DNA of 63,208 nucleotides, counting the filler, from Reclinomonas americana ATCC 50394 (lineage: Eukaryota): assembly GCA_048213135.1 (NCBI GenBank). It is 5 parts of 3 records of this genome, joined end to end, with 100 filler letters (N's around TTAATTAATTAA, not from the genome) between each part and the next. Parts side by side here need not be neighbours in the genome. Positions count along the whole stretch, not along the records: positions 1 to 12,559 come from PS015127.1; positions 12,660 to 32,695 come from PS015128.1; 3 more parts are not named here. One strand, 5' to 3'. The notes under the pieces are model-generated. The model saw only the letters and a list, made by a program, of their open reading frames with translations, searched no databases and was not told the origin of the DNA. Of this stretch, positions 1 to 12,664 are shown piece by piece; the first letter of the stretch is position 1, and every line of letters starts with the position of its first letter. Both the position numbers and the translations under genes were made by a program.

Positions 1-3000
1 CGGGGCCGGTGCAAGCCTTGTCGCTTAGCGTTTCGGGCCTCGTGAACGGCGGGTCGATAGCCACCAACGGCACACTGCAAGTCACGGGACAGATTTCCGG
101 AGGCAGTATCACGAGCAGTGGCACGCTTTCGGTTGCCGGGGTGGTGACTGTTGGAAGCCTAACAACGACTGGATCGCTCATTGGCGCATCGATCAGCGCG
201 GCTGGCCTTCTGTCAGCCGGCAGTCTCACCACGACTGGTGACCTGCTGGCAGCCGGGAACTTGTCGGTCAACAATGGCACCGTCCGCGGTGCGCTCAGCA
301 GCAGCGGATTGATCACTAGCGGTGGGCTCTCTACGGCCGGCACGGTGATCGCCGCGGGCATGATGATGGGTGGCAACTTGAGCACCGCCGGCACCATTGG
401 TGCCGCCGGTCCCATTACCGTCGGTGGTGTGACTACGACAGGCGTCGTGCAGGCAACTGGTGTAATCAGCGGCGGCAGCTTGTCAACCACCGGGCGCCTG
501 GATGTCACGGGCATTCTGTCGGCCGGTAGTATAACGTCGGCTGGCATTGTTTCTGGTGCTTCGCTGAGTAGTGCCGGACTGGTTATCGGCGGTTCGCTCA
601 GCACGACTGGCACTGCAGTGGTCAGCGGTCTTGCGACGGCCGGCAGCATTGTGTCGCTGAGCACAATCGATGCCAGTGGACTGATCTCTGGTGGCAGCTT
701 CAGCTCGGGCGGCTCCGTGCGTGCCGCATCTGTTACTGCAAGCGGTCCTGTGGTGGCGAATTCGGTCACCGGCACCTTGTCGGTTCAGTCTTCCGGGGTG
801 ATCACTGCCGGCAGCTTCACCACTAGCGGCGCCGTGGACGTGGCAGGTCGTGTCACCGCTGGCAGCATGTCGTCCTCGGGTACCGTTACTGTTGCCGGTC
901 TTGTCAGTGCCGGAAGCCTGTCTACCACTGGCTCTCTGGTGGTTGTCGATGTAATTAGCACCGCCGGTGGGCTATCTACGACGTCCACTATCAGTGCTGC
1001 TGGTGTGATTACTGGCGGCAGCGTCACCACTGGCGGCTCCGTGTTGGCGTCCTCGATTAGTACTGCTGGCATTGTCAACAGCGGGTCATTCACGACGGCA
1101 GGCACTATTTCGGCCACCGGTCTCATGTCTGGCGGCAGTTTGTCGACCAATGGCAACCTCACAGTGGCCGCTACCATCTCTGGCAACCAGATGACGCTTT
1201 CGTCGACGGCCAGTGTAACTGGTCTTATCACTGGCGGCAGCGTGACCACAGGCGGTACTGTGAGTGCCGCCGGTGTAATCATTGGCGGCAGTTTCTCCAC
1301 CAGTGGCACGCTTGATGTGGTTGGTCTCATCACTGGTGGGAACATCACAACGGCTGGCACTGTCAACGCCAATGGCATTATTGTGGGCGGCAGCTTCTCG
1401 AGTGCCGGCACCGCGATCATTGGTGGTGTAGTTACCGTCGGCAGCCTTTCTACGGCTGGCACAGCCACTGTTGCTGGTCTGGTCACCGGTGGCAGCTTGA
1501 CAACTGCCGGCACAATTTCTGGTACTGGTCTGTTGACCGCGGGCAGTGTCACCACAGCGGGTTCAGTTGCCGCGCTGTCTGTCAGTGCGTCGGGTGTGAT
1601 TGCTGCTGGCAGCTTGACCACGCAGGGATCGGTTGTCGTTGGTGGAGTGATGCAGAGTGGCTCAGCGTTGGTGAACGGCGCTGTCAGCGCCGCCGGTTCC
1701 ATCACTGCCACTGGTGGTGTGATTAGCGGTGCAGTATCGATCAGCGGCCTCCTCACTGGCGGCAGCTTCACGACCACCGGTAGTCTGACGGCTGCCAATG
1801 TGATTGTCGGTGGCAGCTTCACCGCCAGTGGCAGTCTCTGGGCATCGACTGTGAGCACTGCCGGTCTCATGGCGGGCGGCAGTCTCTCAACAAGCGGCAN
1901 NNNNNNNNNNNNNNNNNNNNNNNNNNNNNNNNNNNNNNNNNNNNNNNNNNNNNNNNNNNNNNNNNNNNNNNNNNNNNNNNNNNNNNNNNNNNNNNNNNNN
2001 NNNNNNNNNNNNNNNNNNNNNNNNNNNNNNNNNNNNNNNNNNNNNNNNNNNNNNNNNNNNNNNNNNNNNNNNNNNNNNNNNNNNNNNNNNNNNNNNNNNN
2101 NNNNNNNNNNNNNNNNNNNNNNNNNNNNNNNNNNNNNNNNNNNNNNNNNNNNNNNNNNNNNNNNNNNNNNNNNNNNNNNNNNNNNNNNNNNNNNNNNNNN
2201 NNNNNNNNNNNNNNNNNNNNNNNNNNNNNNNNNNNNNNNNNNNNNNNNNNNNNNNNNNNNNNNNNNNNNNNNNNNNNNNNNNNNNNNNNNNNNNNNNNNN
2301 NNNNNNNNNNNNNNNNNNNNNNNNNNNNNNNNNNNNNNNNNNNNNNNNNNNNNNNNNNNNNNNNNNNNNNNNNNNNNNNNNNNNNNNNNNNNNNNNNNNN
2401 NNNNNNNNNNNNNNNNNNNNNNNNNNNNNNNNNNNNNNNNNNNNNNNNNNNNNNNNNNNNNNNNNNNNNNNNNNNNNNNNNNNNNNNNNNNNNNNNNNNN
2501 NNNNNNNNNNNNNNNNNNNNNNNNNNNNNNNNNNNNNNNNNNNNNNNNNNNNNNNNNNNNNNNNNNNNNNNNNNNNGATGTGTTTGCGAGTGGGCGAGTG
2601 GCGGCCGTGGGGTTGGTGCAAGGCGGCAGCTTGTCGACAGCTGGCCAAGTGCTGTCGGTGGGTGATATGATAAGTGGCGGCAATGTGTCTGCCAGTGGAG
2701 CCGTACGAGGCGGCAGTGTGAGCACGAGTGGTGGTGTGATTGGCGGAAGCATGTCGACGTCGGGCACCGTGAGTGCGCAGGGTGTGATGAGCGGCGGCAG
2801 TCTGACGACTATTGGCACGATTGTGGCGGGAGGACTGGTTAGTGGAGCCAGTCTGAGCACCACGGGTACGGTAATGGCTGCCGGCACTGTGTCCGGCAGC
2901 AGCTTCACGACCGACGGAGCGCTGACTGTGGGTACGATCATTCGCGGGACGTCTGTGACCGCAACCGGAAGCATTGTGGCGCTGAGTGCGTCCACCTCTG

Positions 3001-6000
3001 GCGCCATTGCTGGTGGCAGCTTGTTTACTGACGGCGCGCTCGATGCTGGCGGTGTGGCCACATTGCGAAGCTTGTCGGTGGGCACCACAGCCAGTATTAC
3101 TGGTCTGGTCACCGGCGGGTCATTCACTTCGGCCGGCCCCATGTTCGGCTCCAGTGTGAGCTCCGCTGGCATGGTGACTGCCGGCTCATTCACGACCTCG
3201 GGTCAGGTGCTGGCACTTGGTGACGTTGTCTCTAGTGGCACGGTGCGAGGCGGTTCTCTGTCGAGTTCATCTGCCGCCACTGTGGTCGGCTTGATCACCG
3301 TCGGCAATCTCACGACCGCTGGTTCGGTGCAAGCGGCACTCACTGTCAGTGGCGCAGCACTGAGCTCGTCGGGCACCGTTACTGCCAGTAGCCTGGTCTC
3401 CGGTGCCACACTCTCCACGAGCGGCCTGGTGATCTCTACGGGCATGGTTGCGGGCGGTAGTGTGACGGCGAGTGGTGGCGTGTACGGCAATCTGGTGAGC
3501 ACGGCTGGCGCGATCACCGGAGCTTCGTTCTCCTCCACTGGCAACGTTATCGTCACGGGCGTCATTGCGAGTAGCTCGCTGTCGTCTTCGTCTGCCTTGC
3601 TGGCCAATGGGCTCATCGCCGGCGGTAGCATCTCCAGCGGCGGCAGCATCTTCAGTTCGCTTTCTGTCTCGGCGGTTGGCATGATTGCCGGCAGCGATCT
3701 GTCCACGGCCGGCACGGTTATGGCCGCCGGTCTCGTCAGCGGAAACAGCTTGTCATCGTCTGGCTCGATCTCGGCTGCCGCATCTGTCAGCTCGACCACA
3801 CTGCAGACGTCGGCAGCGGCCACGATCGGTACCACACTCACCGCTGTGCAGGTGATTGCGACCGGCAGCGTTAGTGCTGCCGGCGGTGTGGTGTCGGGTG
3901 GCAGTATGTCGTCATTTGGTGCCATTCTCGGTGGCAATGTCAGCACGGCAGGAATCATTACGGGCACGAGCTTGACGAGTTCGGGATCGCTGACTGCTGG
4001 TGGGACAGTGTCTGGCGCGCAGCTTATCAGCTCATCTTCGGTCAGCGCCGCCGGCTTGTTGACTGCCGGCAGCATGACAACCGCCGGTCGCATTCTGGCC
4101 GGCGACACCGTGACCGCCGCCAACATTGTTTCGGGCGGCTCAATGAGCACTGCCGGCACGCTGAACGCCGGCAGCACAGTACTGAACGGAACGCTGCTGG
4201 TTAGCGGTCAAATTACTGGAAGTACTTCCTTGTCTGCCGCCGGCATTGTACAGGGCTCACAACTCACCACGGCTGGCCTCGTGGCCGGCTCCGGCCTGTC
4301 CACCAATGGCTCCGTGTTTGCTGGCGGTGATGTGAATGCGACACGTGTGCTGACGAGCGGGCCAATGGTTGCCGGCGGTACGTTGACTGCCGCCGGGCTG
4401 ACAACCAGCGGCAACGTGCAAGCGTCCAGCATTTCTGGTTCCTCGGTATTGGCGTCGGGTACCATCAGTAGCGCAGGCACTATGACGGCGTCTGCGCGGA
4501 TGACAGCCGGTGAGCTGTCGTCCTCTGGTAACATCTGGGCCCTCACAGGCACCATCGGTGGCAACAGCCTCACCGCCGTGGGCGCCATCACGGCTGCAAG
4601 TCTCAGTGTCTCCGGTAGTATCACCACTGGTTCGGCATTCTCGACTAGCGGTACCATTAGTGCTGGCGGTCTCGTGAGTGGAGGCAGCATCACTGCTGGC
4701 GGTATTATTGTCGGCAGCAGCTTTAGCACTGCGGGGTCGGCCACTATTACCGGCCCGCTGACTGCCGAGACGCTGACTGCCAATGTGTCGGTGTCGGCGT
4801 CTGGCCTCGTCACTGGTGCCACGCTGTCGACAAGTGGAGCGCTGTTTGCCGGTACCGCCGCCACTGTGGGATCGCTCAGCACAGCCGGTTCCGTTCAAGG
4901 CGCGATTCTCTCATCGGCCGGCGTTGTCACTGGCGGTAGCTTCAGCACTGCCGGCACTCTCGTGTCTGGCTCCAACATCAGCACCAGTGGCGCTCTGATC
5001 AGCGGTGTGAGTGTGAGCACCGCCGGACAACTTGTCGCCAACACGGTGTCCACTATCAACGGCTCCACGATTGGCGGTACTCTGTCGGCTGCTGCGCTTG
5101 TCACGGGGGGCTCTCTCACCGTGACGGGTGTGATCTCGGGAGGCAGTGTAACGACTGTCGGATCGCTACAGAGCAGCTCGGTGAGCACGTTTGGCCTGGT
5201 GAGTTCCGGCAGCATTGCGACTAGCGGCACAGCGACGGTGACGGGCCTGATGACTGCTGGCAGCTTCGAGACGGCTGGTACGATTGGTGCCGCCGGCGCG
5301 GCATCCGTGGGCAGCCTGGCTAGTGCTAACGCAGTGAGTGCTGCTGGTCTGGTCACGGGCGGTGGCGGATTCACGACGAGTGGCACCGTGGTCGCTGGCG
5401 GTCTGGTGACGGCGGGTAACCTGACGACAGGCGGCACAGTGCAGGCCGCTGGTGTGATTACGGGCGGCAGTGTGACAACTGTGGGGTCGCTGCAGAGCGG
5501 TTCGATGAGCACGTCGGGCCTGGTGAGCGGCGGCAGTTTTGCGACTGGCGGCACGGCGACCGTGACGGGCGCGGTGATGGCCGGCAGTTTCACGACGGCT
5601 GGCAAGATTGATGCCGCCGGCACGGCGACAGTTGGCGGTCTCGCCACTGCGGGAGTGGTTAGCTCTGTCGGCCTGATAGTCGGCGTTGGAGGCATCACCA
5701 CGAGCGGCACGGTCGCAGCTGGCGGTCTGGTGACGGCGGGCAACTTTACGACGAGCGGCACCTTACAGGTGGCCGGTATTATCACTGGTGGCAATGTGAC
5801 GACCGCGGGCGGCGTGCAAAGCCTGACTGTGAGCTCGTCAGGTGTGGTGAGTGGCGGCACTCTGTCGACGGCCGGTCTGCTGCAGGTGGAAGGTGCGGCG
5901 ATTCTGGGAAGTGTGTCGACGGCCGGAGCGATCAGCTCTGCTGGCCTGATCACCGGCGGCAACATGACGACTGCTGGTTTCGTGCTAGGATTTGCAGTGA

Positions 6001-7077
6001 GTTCATCGGGGCTGATCAGTGGCGGAACACTGAGCACCGCCGGGTCTATTTTGGCCGGTGGTGTTGTTTCCTCCACTGGCGTTTCGACGGGCTTTGTCAA
6101 TGCAAGTGGCCTCGTCTCGGGAGGTGGCCTGTCGACGTCGGGCTTGACGCAAAGTGCCAGCATCACGGCCACTGGTCTCATTGCCGCCAGCAGCTTCTCC
6201 ACCACCGGTACCATGATTAGTGGCGGCCTGCTGACGGCGCTGAGTGGCATCTCTAGCGCCGGCAATGTGCAGGTTGGAACCCTTAACAGCACCAGCAATA
6301 TCTCCACGGGCGGCTTCCTGTCAGTTGGCCTGAGCGCCAATGTAGCTGGCGCGCTTACGGTCGGCAATGTCAGCGCCAACAGTCTGGCAGTTAGTGGCTC
6401 TGCGACGGCGGGTTCGATCTCTTCTGCCGGCTTCTTGCTGCTTGGCGGCAACGCTTCTGTGGGCACGCTGAGCAGTGCGGGCGACATGACTGTGTCCGGT
6501 GTCATTGTGGGCGGCAGCCTGTCGACGGCTGGCTCACTGACGGCCTCGACGCTTACAGTCAATCAGCTGAATCTGACGACTTCAGCCGTGAGCACCAGCG
6601 GTCTTGTGACCAGTGGCAGCTTCACCACGGCCGGCTTTGTTCTGGCCGCCGGCCTCGTGTCTGGCGGCTCGTTGACGACGTCGGGTCTGGTCGTCGGCGG
6701 CAGTGTGAGTGCCTCTGGCCTGGTCAGCGCCGTGCGCTTGGCCGTTGGTACCGACGGCGCTTCCGTCAATGGCGGATTCACTGCGAATGGTGAGTTGATT
6801 GTGTTTGAGTGGAGGGAGAGGAGGAAGAGAGAGGGGAGAAGGAGGAGAAGGAGGGAAACTTGCATGGAGGCAGTGACTTGAGATTTTGAATGTTGACTCA
6901 TTCTCGTGTTCATGCAGCTGCGGCCACGTTCAACAATCTAATCAATGTGGAGAGTCTGCTTCGCTTGCGGTCGACCNNNNNNNNNNNNNNNNNNNNNNNN
7001 NNNNNNNNNNNNNNNNNNNNNNNNNNNNNNNNNNNNNNNNNNNNNNNNNNNNNNNNNNNNNNNNNNNNNNNNNNNNN

Positions 7078-7163
<86 letters not shown>

Positions 7164-7739
7164 CGCAGAGCGGAGCATCGCAGCCGTCCGATCGCCAACT
7201 CAAGCACAACGTGCAGCCCATTCAGGGCGCTCTCGACAAGGTTCTGCAGCTCGGCGGGTGGACATTTGAGTGGAACGATGTGCGTGACCGGGAGGAGAAG
7301 ACAGCGCAGAGTTGCAATCGCTGACCCCTGAATGCGTTTTTTATTGTGTTTTTTAGTTGGCCATCAAGGCAGGCATGAAGGCTGGTACTCGGTCACTCGG
7401 TTTCATCGCCCAGGAATTCGAGCAGCACTTCCCCGACCTGGTCGTTCATCAGCAGCGCCCAGATGGATCGGTGCGTGTTTCTGTCCCGCGCTTCGTCGGT
7501 CATTGCCCACACTTGCTCACGTCTTGTTGTTGTCACAGATGATCCGCCGTGTTTCGTATGGTCCATTCGTTGCGGTGCTGGTCGAGGCCATCAAGGAGCA
7601 GCAGCATGTGATTGAGCGGCAAGAGGACGAGCTGCTGCGACTGAAGGAGTCCATGTCCACACAGATGGCCGCAATGCAGCAGCAGCTGAATCAGTTGCAA
7701 GCGCAGCTGCAGCTCGTGTTGCAGCAGCGACTTCAATAG
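1..7739 (+). CDS. Giant G/S/T/A/V-rich repeat (beta-helix/tail-fibre-like) protein with C-terminal Peptidase S74 intramolecular chaperone/autocleavage domain and coiled coil; 5' end outside window
   Basis: Open frame to the GTGAGT donor at 6790, with an N gap at 1900-2576, made of GGSLSTAG/AAGLVT-type repeats. Exons 6918-(gap), 7169-7279, 7357-7470 and 7539-7739 splice to ...SQPSDRQLKHNVQPIQGALDKVLQLGGWTFEWND|LAIKAGMKAGTRSLGFIAQEFEQHFPDLV...|MIRRVSYGPFVAVLVEAIKEQQ..., matching the S74 motifs SDxRxK, GFIAQE and Y...LVEAIKEL. Confidence 0.9.
7078..7160. repeat. (TG)n microsatellite in intron
   Basis: Pure TG run next to an N gap, just before the acceptor at 7168. Confidence 0.95.
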
Positions 7740-7806
7740 TGAACGTCGATGTATGATGATGAGTAGGACACCTCAATCACAGTCGATCCGTCACAATCAA
7801 TCAGAC

Positions 7807-8818
7807 ATGAGTGGAAGACAAGCCAAGCCCGTGCATCCCCGCAGCCGCAACGCGCGGTACATCTCCTCCCAAGTGCACCACCAGCAGAAGCTCAAGAAGC
7901 AGAGACACAAGCGTGATGTGAGCACGTCTGTCAGAGGTGAGTGTGTGTGTGTGTGTGAATCTGCACATGTCCGTGCATGCACGACCTCAGCCCACAACCT
8001 CGGCCTCCCTCCCGTGTGTGCGACGTACAGCCGACAAGTTCCTCTGGCTTCAGCAAGTACTTGCCGCCGAGTTCCCCAACTCGATGACCTACGGCGACGC
8101 CCGCGCAATGCTGCCAAGGTCTGTGTCTCTTTCTCCCTCTTCCCTCTCTCTCTCTCTCTTTCTCTCTGATGTGGAAGAGTGGAGTCCAGATACATTGCCC
8201 GCCACGACGATGAGATTGCGGAGCTGGAGGAGAAGCGACGAGGCCGTCTGCCGCTCACTGCACGCGAGTCACTGTTGCGGGAGCAGAAGCGTGCAGAGGA
8301 GGCAGCGTGCATGCGACGAGACTTTGGTGCGCAGTGTGTGTCTCTTCGAGTATGTCGATCTCCGCCGCTGAAGTGTGTGTGCGATTGCAGAGTTCCCCGA
8401 TGTGTTCTCCAAGGCTCGCCTGCGCGACTTTCTGTTGCGTCTCTGTCGTTGTCGTTGTTGTTGGTCCCCTGATCTCTGGTGGCTGACGTGTGGGTGGAGA
8501 GCAGGCTGTGGGACGGGAAGCCGACCAAGGTCGAATCGTTCAAGGTGATCAAAATGGGCTTCGCGGCCGCCGACGACGGCACCGACGACGACGATGATGA
8601 TATCGCCGACGGGGAAGCTGCTGGTGAAAAGACGCCGATTGCGTCGGTGTGTGTCTCTGTGTCTGTGTATGCGTGCGCGATGGCGTCTCGTCTGTCTGTG
8701 TGCTGACTGTGCTGACCATGTGCTGCAGTCGGCGACATTGTCTCTGAGTGGCACCGATCCGAACAAGCCGAGTCCGTTTGGGAGCAGGAAGATGGAGGTG
8801 ACAGCCGCTGCTGAGTGA
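7807..8818 (+). CDS. TMA16: Translation machinery-associated protein 16 (multi-exon)
   Basis: Spliced product MSGRQAKPVHPRSRNAR...DKFLWLQQ...RYIARHDDEIAELEEK...EFPDVFSKARLRDFLLWDGK resembles the TMA16 motifs HPxSRKA, KLLWFQ, YLxRFDEEL, EIPD and FREWDG. Confidence 0.75.
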
Positions 8819-8868
8819 AGACGCACGGCAACCACAGTACGCGATACGACGATGAGGGTGTGTGGCCT

Positions 8869-11800
8869 TCATTTTGATCCGCGGCGTTGTGCTGCCGCCA
8901 AGGCCTGCGCCATGAGCTCGTTCAACACGCGTTCCACGTCCGCCACATCGTCCACGGCCGTCTGGTCTTTCTTCGGCAGCAGGGTGAAGGTCTCCGGGCA
9001 CTTGGGTCGGACCTGGTACTTGCGCAGATGCGCCGGTTGCAGGAGTCGCGTGTCGGGAGCCTGCGTTGAGGATTGTGAGGGGGAAAGTCACTACCAGCAG
9101 CAGCAGGATCGCTGCAGAACGCACAGAGTTCGGCTCAGAGAATGCCGGATCGCGGTTGCCGTCCAGATAACGCACGAACACGCTGGCCCACTCGAGGAAG
9201 CGGATACGCCGCTCGGCTGTCGCGTTCTGCAACGCAGTGACCAATCCGACTTGTCGCACCTCGGCGAAGAAATCCTGCGCAGCGGGGATCGCACTGAGCA
9301 ACGATCCATCACTGGGAATCGGTTCTCGCAAACACACACCTGCGTCAATGGCGGCTTGAAAAGAGGCGCCTGGAACGTGCGAGTGGTCATGTAGCCGTGC
9401 GGCGAGAACAGCGGCAGCATGGCCCAGCCGGCCGATTCGAACTTGTCCAGCTGTGCGACGTTGTAAGAGACACAACTGCAGCAGCGCAGGCGACTCGAGA
9501 AAAGGGCTCACTCACCGTCGGCGCAAAAGCAAACACCTCGATCACCACAATGCCCTTGGGGTCAAACGGAATCTCCTCAAAGCGCTGTGCATCCGCCCCC
9601 AGCAGTGAGGGTTCTTTCTCTCTCTCTCGCGTTTGTTGTCAAGTACCACGGCACACGCTTACCCACGGCGAGTCGAGGAATCCGGGATGACGTTGCGGAG
9701 CACTCCAATCGGGCGATGTCGTGAATGCCTGAATGGCAGTGGGCGAGCCGTACGGATGCGCGGCCGTGTCTAGGGTCATGAGGGCTTTGAAGTGCAAGCT
9801 CTTTGGCATATTCTGCAAGCCATCCACGGCGACCTGCCACGTCGACGTGCGCGGTCAGCACGACGATCACACAAGAGCAAGCGCACCGGCGCCACGCAAC
9901 GCTGAAACCGGCTGTTGGATTGTACCGAGCGATAAAGGTGGGATCGAGCAGCGTGGTCGGCTGCCCTGTTCCCAGCGATTCACGGATCCAACCGTCCACC
10001 GCCCGCGTGTCGTCCTGCATCATTGAGAGAAATAGATGTCACCATGACGCTCCTGACACTCTCGAGTCCAGGCACCACCACACCTTGTCAATGCCGCTGT
10101 TCATGATTCCGACCAGTGCACGCAACGGTTTGTCGACGCGCAGCAGCCGCTTCTTGTACAAGAGGCGCTCGTGCGGCTGCGGCTCGCACAGTGTCGAATC
10201 GTAGGCTCCAGAACGATAGTTGGGAGACGGCACCGCCAAGCCTAACCGGGGGCGGCAGGCGGGGGTGAGAGCGAAGCAGGATGAGCGACGACTGCGACAG
10301 CCACGTACCCCTCGATACCCATTCCTCGCGTGGCACCAGAGTGCGCGACAGTACGCGTCCAGGCTCGTTGTTGATGAAGCCGCGTGGAGCTACGAGAACT
10401 CGCAGCAGTATCGAGCACGTCGGCACTCTGCAGGACGACACAGAATGAGGAGACAGAGCACTTTGTATATCAGCAGTAGATACGGCGACACACCGCTCTT
10501 TGCCGTGCGCCGAGGCAGCGGAGATGGGTCCCTGGTTCGGCGACCCCATGTACACCGGCAGCTGGTACAGGCCAGCGCGAAGAAGACCAGTGTCCGTAAA
10601 CAACTCAAATACGCTGAATCCGACAACCTGCGATGCAAGCACGGTGAGTCACGTGCACATGCACTCTCGGCGACAGCGCCCGACTCACCCGCAGTTGTCT
10701 TCCAAACAATTCAATTGTGTCAATCTGTACATATAATACACCGTCGCGAGGTACAGTGCCCCGCAGACCGAGATAGCCCTGCATATGTAGAGAAAGAGAA
10801 AGAGATGTGAGTATGGTATGCAGCATCGACTTGGAGGGAGAGCCAGCAAACGAAAACGAACATCATAGGCAGGCGAATACGAGTCGCCGTCGACACTGGC
10901 ACACGCATCCGTGTAGCCCACTGGCGTCCAGTCTGGCTTGTACATGCGGATTTGCACCTGCACGCCAACACCACGCAACGTAAGGCTCTCCCATCGCCGC
11001 ATTGCGACACAATCACAGACGGACCTTGGAGATTGTGCAACTGTCGGGCAGATACCGAGCACCGTCCACATAAATGTCGACGCCGTCGTCGTCTTGGACG
11101 CGCACACCTAATCGTGGAGCATCAGCCACAAAATTCTACCCACACACACACACACAACCTCCTTCTCTCTCGCGCACCAATCTGCTGCAAATCGACTTTC
11201 CGGAATGCTTTGCGTGGCACACCCTCCACGTCCTCGGCCAGATCGTCTCCCTCGGGCAGTGCATCGCACACTCGCGGTGGATGATCTTCCCGGAATATCT
11301 GCGCCCAGACATCATTGTCATTATTCACAGGTCACGATACATCTGCGTGACACGCCCGGCCGCCATACCACTAGCTCCACTTGCGGGTCGGTCGCCGACG
11401 GTTCACTGCCTGCCATGCGCTGTTGCTGAATCGTGACCATGCTCAGTAGCACGTTGCGCGAGCTGCACACACATCACATGACAGGGTGTGGTGAGCAGAT
11501 GGCCACCGCAGCATGGGTGCGGGGCATACATTCAACCAACCTGCCGCCGCCGCCACCGACCATGTCGGGCCGACGTCCGGGCACCAGCGGCAGGTGAACG
11601 GGGCCCGCATTGAGCACTGCATTCGAACACAGTCACCTACAGTTGATCACTGCGCCGACGAGACAAACATGTCGACGTACCCTGGGCTCCTGTTGCTGGA
11701 TCAGCAACCAGAAGAGACATGGCGGCCCAGCCCACTGGCACCACCTCCTCGTCGACAGAGGAGATGCTGGAGGCTGACTTGGGTCGTCCCTCGCTGTCAC

Positions 11801-12350
11801 GCTGGGAGGGAAGCGATCACACACTGGCAGCACGCAATGCGGCGTGTTGTCGACACGCACTCACCGGCGCCTCGAGAACTTCGACCAGCAGTTCAGCCGT
11901 GGACAACAGCCGGGCATCGTGGAAAATGGTGCGCTCTTCAAAACTGTACAAACCGCGCGACCACGACATCTGCACCAGAGACCGTGAGAGATGAGTGCAC
12001 ACCTTTCGTATCTTGAGGGACACTTACATCGCGTACACGAGTGCGCCACGTGTATGGCAGGCCCTGGTCATTCTTCAGCACACGCCGACTGGACACGAGG
12101 CTAAACTTTACAAAGACACGCTCGGAGCCAAACAGCTCCTTGCAGGCGACACACAAGACGCCGACTCTGCACACGAGCACACATTAGCATGAGAGATATG
12201 GGCGTGTGCGCGCGTGTCTCTATCTTTGCATAGCTGCATGCCGCAACGATGATACAAGTGTCGCCGCCGGTGTGGCAAGTCGAGCGGCCGCCGACGAAGG
12301 CACCAGCATTCGTGACGACTCAGCGGTTTGAGGAACTGCGAAAAGGCGCA
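8869..12350 (-). CDS. Multi-exon conserved hypothetical protein with C2-like beta domains
   Basis: Exon peptides GVDIYVDGARYLPDSCTISK, VGFSVFELFTDTGLLRAGLYQLPVYMG, YDSTLCEPQPHERLLYKKRLLR and FIARYNPTAGFSVA|VDGLQNMPK...PDWSAPQRHPGFLD. Last exon ends ...AAAQRRGSK* at 8869. Start uncertain. Confidence 0.6.
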
Positions 12351-12559
12351 TGTCAGGGTCGATGATGACTCTGCGGCAACAATGCTGTCGTCGACGCCAC
12401 TCCACCTGTCAGTGGTGTTACTTCTCGCGAAATAAGCACCGAAGGTCGATGAGCTGAGCCAGGAGGCTCAGCAGGTGGCGGTGGAGACCGCGGGAGTTGC
12501 TGTTGCGAGTACGCCATTTTAAGTCAGCACATACTAACCAGTAGCGGTACGTACACACA

Positions 12560-12659
12560 NNNNNNNNNNNNNNNNNNNNNNNNNNNNNNNNNNNNNNNNN
12601 NNNTTAATTAATTAANNNNNNNNNNNNNNNNNNNNNNNNNNNNNNNNNNNNNNNNNNNN
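12560..12659. other. Artificial scaffold spacer
   Basis: 44 N + TTAATTAATTAA (stops in all six frames) + 44 N. Confidence 0.95.
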
Positions 12660-12664
12660 TGCAG

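Noticed and set aside
785-6562. Long antisense ORFs (802, 324, 224, 555 aa) opposite the giant gene
   Set aside because: These are mirror frames caused by the G/S/T/A/V codon bias and N gaps; they show no independent protein features.
1-12559. Integrated prophage or giant-virus region around the fibre gene
   Set aside because: No capsid, packaging ATPase, polymerase or integrase genes are visible; the neighbours are intron-rich host genes. Sequence upstream of the window cannot be assessed.
12604-12615. TTAATTAATTAA palindrome (also at 32740, 54084, 62068) as a piggyBac TTAA site or regulatory element
   Set aside because: It always sits inside an exact N44-12-N44 block, so it is an artificial six-frame-stop joiner.
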